Virus record (IMG/VR): IMGVR_UViG_3300017971_000191
Reading direction: 5' to 3' (one strand)
Length of the DNA stretch: 64,000 nt
Origin: a virus
Taxonomy: Duplodnaviria; Heunggongvirae; Uroviricota; Caudoviricetes
The position numbers were made by a program, and so were the translations under genes. Each line of letters opens with the position of its first letter. Position 1 is the stretch's first letter. The notes below the pieces were generated by a model. The model saw only the letters and a list, made by a program, of their open reading frames with translations. It made no database searches and was not told where the DNA came from. Below are positions 17,224 through 25,096 of the stretch, in pieces.

Positions 17224-18900
17224 CTAACTGGCCGCTGCGGGCCTCCGTCGCTTGACTTTGCGGCTCGGCCGGTGACCGGCGACGATGGACGAACCCATCG
17301 CCCGCTCGGCCTTCTGCCGGTTGAACGTCTCGCCCGTCTCCCCGTCGATGCAGACCCCGTCCGCCCATTTCATGACGGCTTCGATCTGCTCCGGGTACTT
17401 TTCGTACGTCGGGCGGATGAGCTTGGCGGCGTCCCGCAGGGTGAAATTCGGGTCCACCCGCTGCCGCATGACTCCGGTCAGGAAGCAGCATCCGCGGATG
17501 TCGCTTCCCACCCAGTTCTTGGTGCCTTCCGGCAGCTCCAGGTCGAGTTTCTTCAGCTCGAAATACTGGAGATACGTCTGCCAGATGGTCTGCTTGGCCT
17601 CCTCGGTCGGAAAGCCCATGTAAAACATGAGGTCGATCCGGCCGGTCCGCCCGAACTCCGGCGGGAGCTTGCGGACGTCATTGGCGGTGCAGATCAGTGC
17701 AACATCGCTGGTGTGATCCTGCATCCACTTGAGGACCTCACCTTTGACGTGCTCGGTGGTCTCGTGCGAGAGGCCGTGCTCGTCGGCCTTGATGTACTTC
17801 TCCACCTCGTCGACGAACAAGATGCCCGGCTCGCACGAGTCGGCCACGCCGAACATCTCCTCGGTCCGCTCCTCGGTCTGACCGACAAGGGAGCCACGGA
17901 GGCGACCCAACTTGGCCTCCATGGGCAGTCGGCCCGTCTCGTGGCCCAGGCAGCGGCAGAACATCGTCTTGCCGGTACCGGGAGGGCCGACGAGCATCAG
18001 ACCCTTGGGACGGAACTTGGGCTTCAGGCCCACCTGGCAAAGGCCCACACCCAAACGCTTCAGGGCCGGGTAGCCGCCGAGACCGGGGATCTCGACCTGC
18101 TTCTTGTCTCGCTCGATGACGCAGGTCTCGAAGCGTTCGCCGGTGGTGGTCAACTCCAGCAGGCCCGCCTGGTTGACGGCATCCACTTTCAAGCGGAAGA
18201 GTACGTCGTCGACCAGCTCGCCGTGCTGGAGCAGGCTAATCGCGCAGACACCTTTGACCTGGGCACGGGTCAAGCCGGAACAGGTCTGCACCGCCTTGGA
18301 GATGCCGGCTTCGTCGGGCAGGTCGTAGCCGTCTCCTTCGAGCAAGGAGGTGATCAGCTCCCGCCTCTCGTCCTCGCGGGGATACTCGTGGTCGAGCACC
18401 CAGAACTGTTGACGCAGCTCCGTGGGCAGCTCGATACCGGGGAAGGACATGATGACCAGGTGCACCATGGTCGCTTCCCCGACGCTGAGGAGGTGCTGAA
18501 TTGCCATCAGCAGATCCTTGTTGACCACCCCGTTGTTGGAGATCTCCCGGTGCCCGTTGCGCAACACCAGCACGATCCGGTCGTTGATCTCCGCGTTTTC
18601 ATCCTTGAGCTGCTCGGCCCGCCGCAACTCGGCCATGTGAAGAGCGGCCTTGACGGCGGCCACACAACTGTTCTGGCCCTGAGTTGCGATGGAGTCGTCC
18701 TTGCCGGCGGCCTGGAGCCCCTTGACGCAGTCCCAGATCTGGAGCTGCCAGGGCATCTCCTCGGAGGCGTACTCCTTGGCCAGGCCGACGATGGTAAGGA
18801 TGACCTCGTCGGGTTCGTGGCTGCGGACCCAGACGCCGGGCTGGCCGCTGACCAGACTCTCTTCGATACGCTCTCTCAGCGTGCCTTTTTCTGCGATCAT
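17224..18900 (-). CDS. Ycf46-like AAA+ ATPase
   Basis: Walker A GPPGTGKT, Walker B ILFVDEVEK, TAND sensor, FGRTGRID arginine finger; degenerate N-terminal AAA-like domain; start MIAEKG at 18900. Confidence 0.9.
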   Translation of the reverse strand: MIAEKGTLRERIEESLVSGQPGVWVRSHEPDEVILTIVGLAKEYASEEMPWQLQIWDCVKGLQAAGKDDSIATQGQNSCVAAVKAALHMAELRRAEQLKDENAEINDRIVLVLRNGHREISNNGVVNKDLLMAIQHLLSVGEATMVHLVIMSFPGIELPTELRQQFWVLDHEYPREDERRELITSLLEGDGYDLPDEAGISKAVQTCSGLTRAQVKGVCAISLLQHGELVDDVLFRLKVDAVNQAGLLELTTTGERFETCVIERDKKQVEIPGLGGYPALKRLGVGLCQVGLKPKFRPKGLMLVGPPGTGKTMFCRCLGHETGRLPMEAKLGRLRGSLVGQTEERTEEMFGVADSCEPGILFVDEVEKYIKADEHGLSHETTEHVKGEVLKWMQDHTSDVALICTANDVRKLPPEFGRTGRIDLMFYMGFPTEEAKQTIWQTYLQYFELKKLDLELPEGTKNWVGSDIRGCCFLTGVMRQRVDPNFTLRDAAKLIRPTYEKYPEQIEAVMKWADGVCIDGETGETFNRQKAERAMGSSIVAGHRPSRKVKRRRPAAAS

Positions 18901-19094
18901 TGTCGCTCCTGTTGGTGCTCCTGCTGAGCATGAATGTGGGGTGCATCGGTGTCCTCTGGGGCCTCCCGTGTATGCTGCTCTCCGCCCATGGCTTCGAGGT
19001 AGGTACGGGTGGCCTCGTGGCACGTCGCTCCGGGGTAGCCGTTAGGTCGGATAACGACCCCGCCGCCCCTTTTGAAGTGCATGTGAATCGGCAT
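18897..19094 (-). CDS. DUF2997-like small protein
   Basis: I..K.GG.V.I...G..G.TC.EAT...LEAMG; TGA overlaps ATG of the AAA gene. Confidence 0.75.
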   Translation of the reverse strand: MPIHMHFKRGGGVVIRPNGYPGATCHEATRTYLEAMGGEQHTREAPEDTDAPHIHAQQEHQQERQ

Positions 19095-19296
19095 AGATGC
19101 CTCCGTTGGTAACAATAAGCTGGTTCTCGATGTCGAGCCCCAGGCTACGGACCGCTTCCTGAGCGAGCTGCTTCTCGTAGAAGCTCTGCACGCTACCCGT
19201 CAGCGTGATCCTCTTCCCCTCGACCACGACTCCGATCTTTCTGGCGGCGAGACGTTTTCCGAGACGCTCTTCGGCCTGGTCGGCGAGGGCAGACAT
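19042..19296 (-). CDS. BON-domain protein
   Basis: V.VEG..ITLTGSVQSFYEKQLAQEAV...IENQLIV. Confidence 0.85.
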   Translation of the reverse strand: MSALADQAEERLGKRLAARKIGVVVEGKRITLTGSVQSFYEKQLAQEAVRSLGLDIENQLIVTNGGIYADSHALQKGRRGRYPT

Positions 19297-19410
19297 CTTG
19301 CATCTCCCAAGGATCGGCAGCCCGCATCCCGGTAGCAGTCGGGACGAGGCCAGGATCGGGAAGGATAGGAGGGTGGACGTGTTCTTCGTTGAAATCGTCG
19401 TATCTCTGGC

Positions 19411-20052
19411 TCATGGCATCCCCATGGAGGCAACAGTCTGAACCTCCGCGGTGTAGGTTCCGTCAGGTAGCTTCTGGAACTCGATCTCGTCGCCGCGGCG
19501 CTCGGCCTCGGCCTTGGCGACTTCCATCTGAAAGTGCATGAAGAGGTCGCCAAAGCTCTCCTGCTTCATCTTGCCCGTCTCCGGGTCTTTGACCTGGCGA
19601 TGCTTGCCGACGCCCTGGCAGTTCATCAGGCCGGCCGCCTGGCCATAGAAGTCCGTCATCAACGCATAGTGCGTGTGCTCCCCTTCCGGGGCATATTCGA
19701 CGGTGATCGGTTTGCCGTGCTCGTCGGCTTCGGCCTTGACGGGGACCAGTCCGATCTCGTACGGGGCGCCGACCTCGTGGCGGCTGCTCTTGCCGAACTT
19801 ATCCTTGAGGGCCTGGTCGGTGACCTGGATGGTGTGATGGGCGTTGTTGCCCACCTCCGCCTCGGTCATTCCCTGCGGCAACGGCCAATCGCCGACGAGC
19901 CTGCCTTCGTGGTCGTCCTTCCAGGTGCGGAAGTGGTTTTGGCCCTCGACAAACTCCAGCTCGGGGCAGTAGTTCTCGACGGCCCGGGACAAACAGAACA
20001 CCTTGTCCTTGGCGATCAAGGTGGTCTGCTTCAGGTCGGTAATGTGACTCAT
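19411..20052 (-). CDS. DUF1257 (Ycf35)-like protein with insertions
   Basis: MSHIT.LK start, L..AV...EL, YEIGLV, and Q.E.AK.EA...G......L.DG C-terminus. Confidence 0.7.
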   Translation of the reverse strand: MSHITDLKQTTLIAKDKVFCLSRAVENYCPELEFVEGQNHFRTWKDDHEGRLVGDWPLPQGMTEAEVGNNAHHTIQVTDQALKDKFGKSSRHEVGAPYEIGLVPVKAEADEHGKPITVEYAPEGEHTHYALMTDFYGQAAGLMNCQGVGKHRQVKDPETGKMKQESFGDLFMHFQMEVAKAEAERRGDEIEFQKLPDGTYTAEVQTVASMGMP

Positions 20053-20059
20053 GGTCTCT

Positions 20060-20101
20060 CCAAAGAACAGGCCGGGCATAGAGAGGCCTCCATGCCCGGC
20101 C
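20060..20101 (-). terminator. GC-rich hairpin (terminator/attenuator-like)
   Basis: GGCCGGGCAT-12nt-ATGCCCGGCC followed on the minus strand by a weak U-rich tract, just upstream of the DUF1257 RBS. Confidence 0.5.
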
Positions 20102-20142
20102 CAAGGTTTCCTACCGGGATCTGATACTACGACGCCGTTCGG

Positions 20143-20397
20143 CTAGTAGTCGTCGTCTTCATCCTCCTCGTCGTCGAAGTCGTCGTCGAAGTCGTCGTCG
20201 AAGTCCTCGTCGTCGTCTTCGCAGTCGTCATCCCAGTCGTCGTCATCGTCGTCATCGTCGTCGTCATCGTCGTCATCGTCGTCTTCCCAGTCCTCATCCG
20301 CTTCGTTGACGGGGCCGGGGGCGGCGATGGAGCCCGAGGTCTCTTCCAGGATGTCGTCCTGCTCGATGACTTCGTCGGGGGTCATGGTAGCGCTCAT
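20143..20397 (-). CDS. Extremely acidic small protein with poly-Asp tract
   Basis: 84 aa; C-terminal half almost all D/E, encoded by GAC/GAT runs. Confidence 0.75.
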   Translation of the reverse strand: MSATMTPDEVIEQDDILEETSGSIAAPGPVNEADEDWEDDDDDDDDDDDDDDDDWDDDCEDDDEDFDDDFDDDFDDEEDEDDDY

Positions 20398-21182
20398 GCG
20401 AGTTCCTCCTCGGAACGTGTAGTGGTGGCCTGCGAGGCCGTCAGCTTCTCGATCTGCTCCAATAGAGCTTCCGTGCTGCCGTTCTGCAAGGCCAGTAGTT
20501 TGAGCTGGAAAGCCAGCTCCTGAAGGTTGTCGAGGACCATCTGCTTGAGGTCACCGGAGCGGCTCTCCTGGGCTTGCCAGAGGGCCTCGAACATCTCAGG
20601 GTCGTCTGCGTAGTCAGCGCGGATCGTGTCCGCGACATTGGAACGCAGGCCCAACCGGAGCACGTCCGGCGGGCTGGCGAGACCCTCCTGGTGAAGGATC
20701 TCCTCGATGTAGCCCCGGACTTCGGGGCCGAACTCCGTGTCGTCTGTCTCGTCTCTTTCGGGAGGCCAGATCAGCGCGGCTTCCGTCACACCCCACAGGA
20801 TCTCCCCCGCGTCGGCCGGGTCGAACTCGTCGGGCTGGAAGTCATCCCCGGCCAGGATGTTGCACAGCTCGATGAACCTGGTCACGTCCTTGAAGAAGTA
20901 GTTGGTCGTCAACAAGGTAACACCGGCCATCACTTTGTCAAGAGTCGCCTTGGGGAGACTCAGGGAGAAATCCTCTTCAAGCTGAAGGCGGATCGTCTCC
21001 GGGGCCCAGGTGAGAAGTTCCGGGCCGTAGACGTCGAGCACCAAGAGGAGCAGGACGGTGGTGTAGCTCTCCTCGGCCAGGAGAAGTGCTCTCTGGGCGG
21101 CTCTAGGACTTAGGCTCCCACTTCCGGAGCGGGACAGCATCTCGCTGGCCGTCTTCTGCTGCTGGGCGAGCAGGGGCAACAT
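20394..21182 (-). CDS. Hypothetical protein (acidic, helical)
   Basis: 262-aa ORF, strong GC3 codon bias, coupled to downstream gene. Confidence 0.8.
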   Translation of the reverse strand: MLPLLAQQQKTASEMLSRSGSGSLSPRAAQRALLLAEESYTTVLLLLVLDVYGPELLTWAPETIRLQLEEDFSLSLPKATLDKVMAGVTLLTTNYFFKDVTRFIELCNILAGDDFQPDEFDPADAGEILWGVTEAALIWPPERDETDDTEFGPEVRGYIEEILHQEGLASPPDVLRLGLRSNVADTIRADYADDPEMFEALWQAQESRSGDLKQMVLDNLQELAFQLKLLALQNGSTEALLEQIEKLTASQATTTRSEEELA

Positions 21183-21657
21183 CTGGCGCCTCCTTGCGCT
21201 TACGAAGCGTTTCCACTCGCTCCTGGAGCCGGAAGTACAGGGCCGTCAGGTCGCAGTGGATATGGGTCACGGCCGGCCGGGGAAGCTCCTCCAGCGGTTC
21301 GGCCTCCTCCATATCATACCATGCGTCCAAGGCTGTGCAGCCCAGAAAACGATGGTCCGCCAGGAGGATCTGGAACATGGGGTAGCCGTCTGCGTCATTC
21401 TCGTCGATCTTCGCCATGTCCTCGGCGAAGATCTCCAACGGCTTCTTGATTGCCTGGACGAGATCCCAAGGCCAGGTGTCGGGCAAGCCTAGATGGCTGA
21501 CCCAGTCGAACAGACCCAACTGAATCCTGGGCAACAGCTCCAGGGGCTCATCGTCCTCGACGTTGAGCTGGAGGAAGGTCCGCGCGAATCTCTTGGCGGC
21601 ATCCGGCTGGACGACGAAGAGGACCTCACACCACTCCTTGAAGGTCGGCTTGGTCAA
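21103..21657 (-). CDS. Hypothetical protein
   Basis: TTG start at 21657 with GAGGAG RBS, overlapping upstream TGA. Confidence 0.7.
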   Translation of the reverse strand: MTKPTFKEWCEVLFVVQPDAAKRFARTFLQLNVEDDEPLELLPRIQLGLFDWVSHLGLPDTWPWDLVQAIKKPLEIFAEDMAKIDENDADGYPMFQILLADHRFLGCTALDAWYDMEEAEPLEELPRPAVTHIHCDLTALYFRLQERVETLRKRKEAPDVAPARPAAEDGQRDAVPLRKWEPKS

Positions 21658-21992
21658 ACGAGTCTCCTCGCTACGGGAACGTCGACACGATAACGGGCCA
21701 CCTGCATCCGAGGATGCTGGGGCGGAAGGGGCTTCTTGTCCTCGCCGACCACCTGGTCGAGAGGGAGGCCCTCGGCATTGATCGGGTACGCGCCAGCGCC
21801 GTGCGGCTTGCACGCGCAAGGCGAGCATCCCAGGCGGGAGCCCACGCCCACGGCCATCTGCTTGGCCCCGGCGCCTTGAAGCTCCTCGATTGCGCCCGCG
21901 AAATTGGGCTCCGTGATGTCCGATTCCAGGACCACGACGCCCTCGGCGAGGTCTTCCGTGAACCGGCACGCCTTTTCGACTACTTGAAGCAC
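21654..21992 (-). CDS. Hypothetical protein
   Basis: GTG start with AGGAG RBS; 112 aa. Confidence 0.7.
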   Translation of the reverse strand: MLQVVEKACRFTEDLAEGVVVLESDITEPNFAGAIEELQGAGAKQMAVGVGSRLGCSPCACKPHGAGAYPINAEGLPLDQVVGEDKKPLPPQHPRMQVARYRVDVPVARRLV

Positions 21993-22185
21993 TGGTCTCT
22001 CCTTTTCTGGAGGTGTGAGATTTCCCCGGATTTTAGCGGGCTCTGATGGCTAAAGGCAAGAGAAGTCTTTGGGGACCTAACTGCCGGGAAAGATGCCCGC
22101 TCGTCGCTCAACAGAAAGGTAGGGGATGGTAGTCCCCGCCTCGCTGCTGAGCGACAGACGGTTAGGGGTTACGTTGGCGGTAAGA

Positions 22186-22233
22186 AACAAAAAACCCGCC
22201 CCGGGACGCCATAAGGCCATCCCGAGACGGGGT
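22186..22233 (-). terminator. Rho-independent terminator
   Basis: Minus strand ACCCCGTCTCGGGATGGCC-TTAT-GGCGTCCCGGGGCGGGT followed by TTTTT. Confidence 0.75.
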
Positions 22234-22297
22234 CCAAGAGAGAAAGGAAGGACCTCTCCGCGGAGACGTCCTTCGGTCCCTCCAATACGAGAATCGA

Positions 22298-22984
22298 CTA
22301 CCAGTATTCCGCCGCCGCCGGCGCCCCGAGGCTTTCCAACCCGTCGATCGCGTCCACGGCATGGACGGTCCACGCGATCGCCATCAGTACAGCCTGGATC
22401 GTGCGCTGCGGGGGGATGACCGCCAAGATCGCCGCGACCACGGCCGCGCCCAAAAACCCGAGAGACCACGCGATAACTGCACAGACGGCACAGATGGTCG
22501 CCGTGATGAGATGGCTGTTCCGGCGGACGCGCAGGTTGAGGGTCTGCTCGGCATACATACGCCGCAGCCATGCTCCCTCGTGGAACTCCAGAACCCGCCC
22601 CCAGACGACGCCCATCCTGACGCAGACACGGTCCGCGAGCTTCGAGCGCCGGCGGAGACCGCGGACCACGCGGCTGGTACGGATCGCGGTGACCCGGTAG
22701 ACCTTGCCGGCCCGTGTCGACACCGCCGAGGCGGCATGGCTAACGCGGTCCCGTGTGCTCCCGCACGTGGTGACGACCCGGTTGCGGGTGTCCTTCGCGA
22801 GCTTGACCGCCCGGTCCCGCGTGGCCTGGCAGGTGCCGACGATCCGACTGCGGACGGCCTGGCAGGTGGAGACCACCTTGCTGCTCATCCGGCTGAAGAT
22901 GCCGGGCTTGGGCTCGGTGGTTTGCGGCTTACGGGTTTTACGACTACGACGGACCTTCTTCACTTTCTTGACTCTCTTGGACAT
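22298..22984 (-). CDS. Basic membrane protein with six 11-residue repeats
   Basis: K/R-rich N-terminus, 11-mers ending in R (aa 37-102), C-terminal hydrophobic hairpin. Confidence 0.75.
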   Translation of the reverse strand: MSKRVKKVKKVRRSRKTRKPQTTEPKPGIFSRMSSKVVSTCQAVRSRIVGTCQATRDRAVKLAKDTRNRVVTTCGSTRDRVSHAASAVSTRAGKVYRVTAIRTSRVVRGLRRRSKLADRVCVRMGVVWGRVLEFHEGAWLRRMYAEQTLNLRVRRNSHLITATICAVCAVIAWSLGFLGAAVVAAILAVIPPQRTIQAVLMAIAWTVHAVDAIDGLESLGAPAAAEYW

Positions 22985-22994
22985 GACGGTTCTC

Positions 22995-23153
22995 CTAGAG
23001 CGGGTGGACGAGCCGGATGGAGATTCTCACATCCGGCTTTTCGTCCAAAACATTGGGGGTGGTAATCTCCGCCTGGAACGCTCCAGATGGAGGACGCGAA
23101 GCTCGGCAGCCAACAAGGCTGACGAACAGCAGCAACAAACAAACGATCCTCAC
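22995..23153 (-). CDS. Small lipoprotein (missed by ORF track)
   Basis: GTG start with GAGGAGG RBS; MRIVCLLLLFVSLVG-C lipobox; 52 aa. Confidence 0.75.
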   Translation of the reverse strand: MRIVCLLLLFVSLVGCRASRPPSGAFQAEITTPNVLDEKPDVRISIRLVHPL

Positions 23154-23180
23154 GATGGGCCTCCTCTCCGTTCCTTTGGG

Positions 23181-23324
23181 TCACTTCTTCCGGGCCGACT
23201 CGGCGCTCCGGGAATCGCGGCGAGTTGGTCGGGCTCCGGTCGCATTGGCAGCGCCTCTTACGAAGCGGGCAGCCAACTGGGTACGCGGCCGGTGGACAAG
23301 GGTGACACGGCGGGAACGGGCCAT
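23181..23324 (-). CDS. Small Arg-rich peptide
   Basis: AAGGAG RBS then MARSRRVTLVHRPR...SARKK, 47 aa. Confidence 0.55.
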   Translation of the reverse strand: MARSRRVTLVHRPRTQLAARFVRGAANATGARPTRRDSRSAESARKK

Positions 23325-23386
23325 CGAAAACTCCTTCGTGACCGCAGAAATGGGTCCATGCACCGGCGGCGCGGTCTAAACCGTCC

Positions 23387-23424
23387 GGTGCATATTACTT
23401 GACCCGAAAACGGGGCTTATTTAG
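23387..23424 (-). promoter_or_regulatory. Promoter-like motif copy A
   Basis: Minus strand CTAAATAA-N13-GTCAAGTAATATGCACC. Confidence 0.6.
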
Positions 23425-23558
23425 CCCACCACGACCGCAGGCTCCGGGATTTCCAAGTGGCACCACGCGCCGCACTGGGGGCAGACATGACAGACTCCTT
23501 CGAGAGAGAGAGTGGGTGAAAACAAAACGGGAAACCGGCAAAGCCGGGTTGTGGTCAC
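23421..23558 (-). CDS. Possible small zinc-ribbon peptide
   Basis: GCAGGAG RBS, GTG start, CHVCPQCGAWCH, 45 aa; stop lies in motif A. Confidence 0.35.
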   Translation of the reverse strand: MTTTRLCRFPVLFSPTLSLEGVCHVCPQCGAWCHLEIPEPAVVVG

Positions 23559-23688
23559 GGGCAGCTCCTGCGGGCTGGGCACGACCCGGGAGCCGCCCTA
23601 ATTATCATGGGACCATCCTCCTCCTGTAGATGAGACACACCGGGACGCACCGGTGGCGTGGATGCACCACCGGCGCCCGTCTAAAGGT

Positions 23689-23726
23689 GGTGCAAGTTAC
23701 ATGACAGAAAAGAGGAGGTTATTTAG
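23689..23726 (-). promoter_or_regulatory. Promoter-like motif copy B
   Basis: Minus strand CTAAATAA-N13-GTCATGTAACTTGCACC, same 38-bp geometry as copy A. Confidence 0.6.
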
Positions 23727-23731
23727 GCGGA

Positions 23732-24064
23732 TCAGAAGTTGTGCTGGATGATCCGCTTGCCGGATTTGTAGGTCACGCGGACCTTGTCGGCGTTGAGGAG
23801 GGCTTTCAGCTTTCGTCGCTTGGGGTCACCCATGTTGGCCAGGGACTGCTTGGCCCGCGAGAAGGCGGCCGTCCGTTCACGGCCATACTTGGCGTTGGCC
23901 CCGCACGAGCCGCAGCCCGAGGGCCGGCCGGTGGTGTAGGGTTGGAGCGCCTTGAGAAAGGGGAACTCTCGCAGGAACTGCTTGTTGTGGGCCAGGCTCG
24001 CCAGCGTGCCATCTTCGAGGATGACCAGCTTACGAGTCCGGGGTGACGGTTTTCGCGGCATCAT
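23732..24064 (-). CDS. Basic hypothetical protein with CxxC
   Basis: 110 aa, GCGSCG; ATG overlaps deaminase stop. Confidence 0.75.
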   Translation of the reverse strand: MMPRKPSPRTRKLVILEDGTLASLAHNKQFLREFPFLKALQPYTTGRPSGCGSCGANAKYGRERTAAFSRAKQSLANMGDPKRRKLKALLNADKVRVTYKSGKRIIQHNF

Positions 24065-24591
24065 GGACTCCAGATTTCATGATTCATCAGACCCCGGCAG
24101 CCGCCCACCTCGCCGCTCCACTGCTGGTACTCGATCCCCGCGTTGCAGAGCATGCAGATCGCCTCCTCGATGTTGGCCAGGTACTTCTCGTAGGTCCTGT
24201 CGTGCATCTCCTTGTGGACGATCAGCCTGCTGATGCCGGCCATCATGATGGTCCTGGCGCAGCGGACGCAGGGGGCCCAGCAGCAGATGAGGACGGCGCC
24301 ATCGGTGGGCGTGCCTTCCTTGGCAGCCGCCCAGATGGCATCCTCCTCGGCGTGGATGATGAGGTTGTCCTTGTTCTCCGACTTGAGGTTCTCCTGCGTC
24401 GGCTCGTAGCCGGGCGGCAGATGGTTGCAGCCCATGATCAGGTCGGGGTTGCTCCAATCGGGGAGCAGCAGCGACCCGTTTTTCGTCTTGGGATCGTCGC
24501 TGTGCTCCCAGGCGTGCTGGTAGCAGCGGCGAAACAGCTCTGCAACCTCGAACCCACGAACGGTCGAAAAGTCTGCAACGGGTTGATTCAC
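24061..24591 (-). CDS. dCMP deaminase-family protein
   Basis: S.DP.TK.G, G.N, HAEEDAI, APCVRCA, AGISRLI; GTG start at 24591. Confidence 0.9.
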   Translation of the reverse strand: MNQPVADFSTVRGFEVAELFRRCYQHAWEHSDDPKTKNGSLLLPDWSNPDLIMGCNHLPPGYEPTQENLKSENKDNLIIHAEEDAIWAAAKEGTPTDGAVLICCWAPCVRCARTIMMAGISRLIVHKEMHDRTYEKYLANIEEAICMLCNAGIEYQQWSGEVGGCRGLMNHEIWSP

Positions 24592-24617
24592 GGCGAGTTT
24601 CCTTCTTGCTGGAATGG

Positions 24618-25073
24618 TCACGCAGTAGCATTTCCTTCGGCTTCGGTCTTGGCCTCCTGCTCCGCCTTCCACTTGAGGAACTCCTCGTACTCTTTTCGTG
24701 TCGGCACGTCGATCATGTGGGGAAGGCGTTCCTCGTTGTACATGAGAGCGAAGAGGTTCCAGGCCGCATGGGCCAAGTCGTCTTCCACCTCGCCGGTTGC
24801 CTCGTCGATCTCCTGGTTGCCGTCTAGCCACCGATAGACGTGGTTGATGGTGCGGGTGGCCAGATCGGTGGCCGGGAAACCCCTCTTCCAGTTGTTGTCC
24901 CCGTACTTTACCGCCCCTTCTCCGTAGGTCCTGCCCAGGCGGATAAGGGGCTCGATGGGAATCAGGTCCAGCCGCAGCGGCTTCTTGTCTCCGTGGGTGG
25001 CACTCGACCGGTGGGCCCCGGTCTCGAACTCCATCTTGGTCCCTTCGTCTTTCAGGACTGCACTGACCGCCAT
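24618..25073 (-). CDS. DUF5664-type dATP/dGTP diphosphohydrolase
   Basis: K.PLRLDLIP...L..LG...EGA.KYG..NW.RG...H...W..G...D...HLAHAAWN..AL; start MAVSAV at 25073. Confidence 0.85.
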   Translation of the reverse strand: MAVSAVLKDEGTKMEFETGAHRSSATHGDKKPLRLDLIPIEPLIRLGRTYGEGAVKYGDNNWKRGFPATDLATRTINHVYRWLDGNQEIDEATGEVEDDLAHAAWNLFALMYNEERLPHMIDVPTRKEYEEFLKWKAEQEAKTEAEGNATA

Positions 25074-25096
25074 GATCTCTTCCTCGTTCGGGGTTG

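Noticed and set aside
19193-19414. 73-aa ORF coupled to the DUF1257 stop
   Set aside because: Overlaps the BON gene by about 100 nt and has low-complexity, non-conserved-looking sequence; may be real but unsupported
23387-23424. Plus-strand sigma-70 promoter (TTGACC...TATTTA) in motif A
   Set aside because: The spacer is too short, copy B has ATGACA, and there is no plus-strand gene downstream
24545-24560. GGTTCGA T-loop-like sequence suggesting a tRNA
   Set aside because: Lies in the deaminase coding region; no acceptor, D or anticodon stems found
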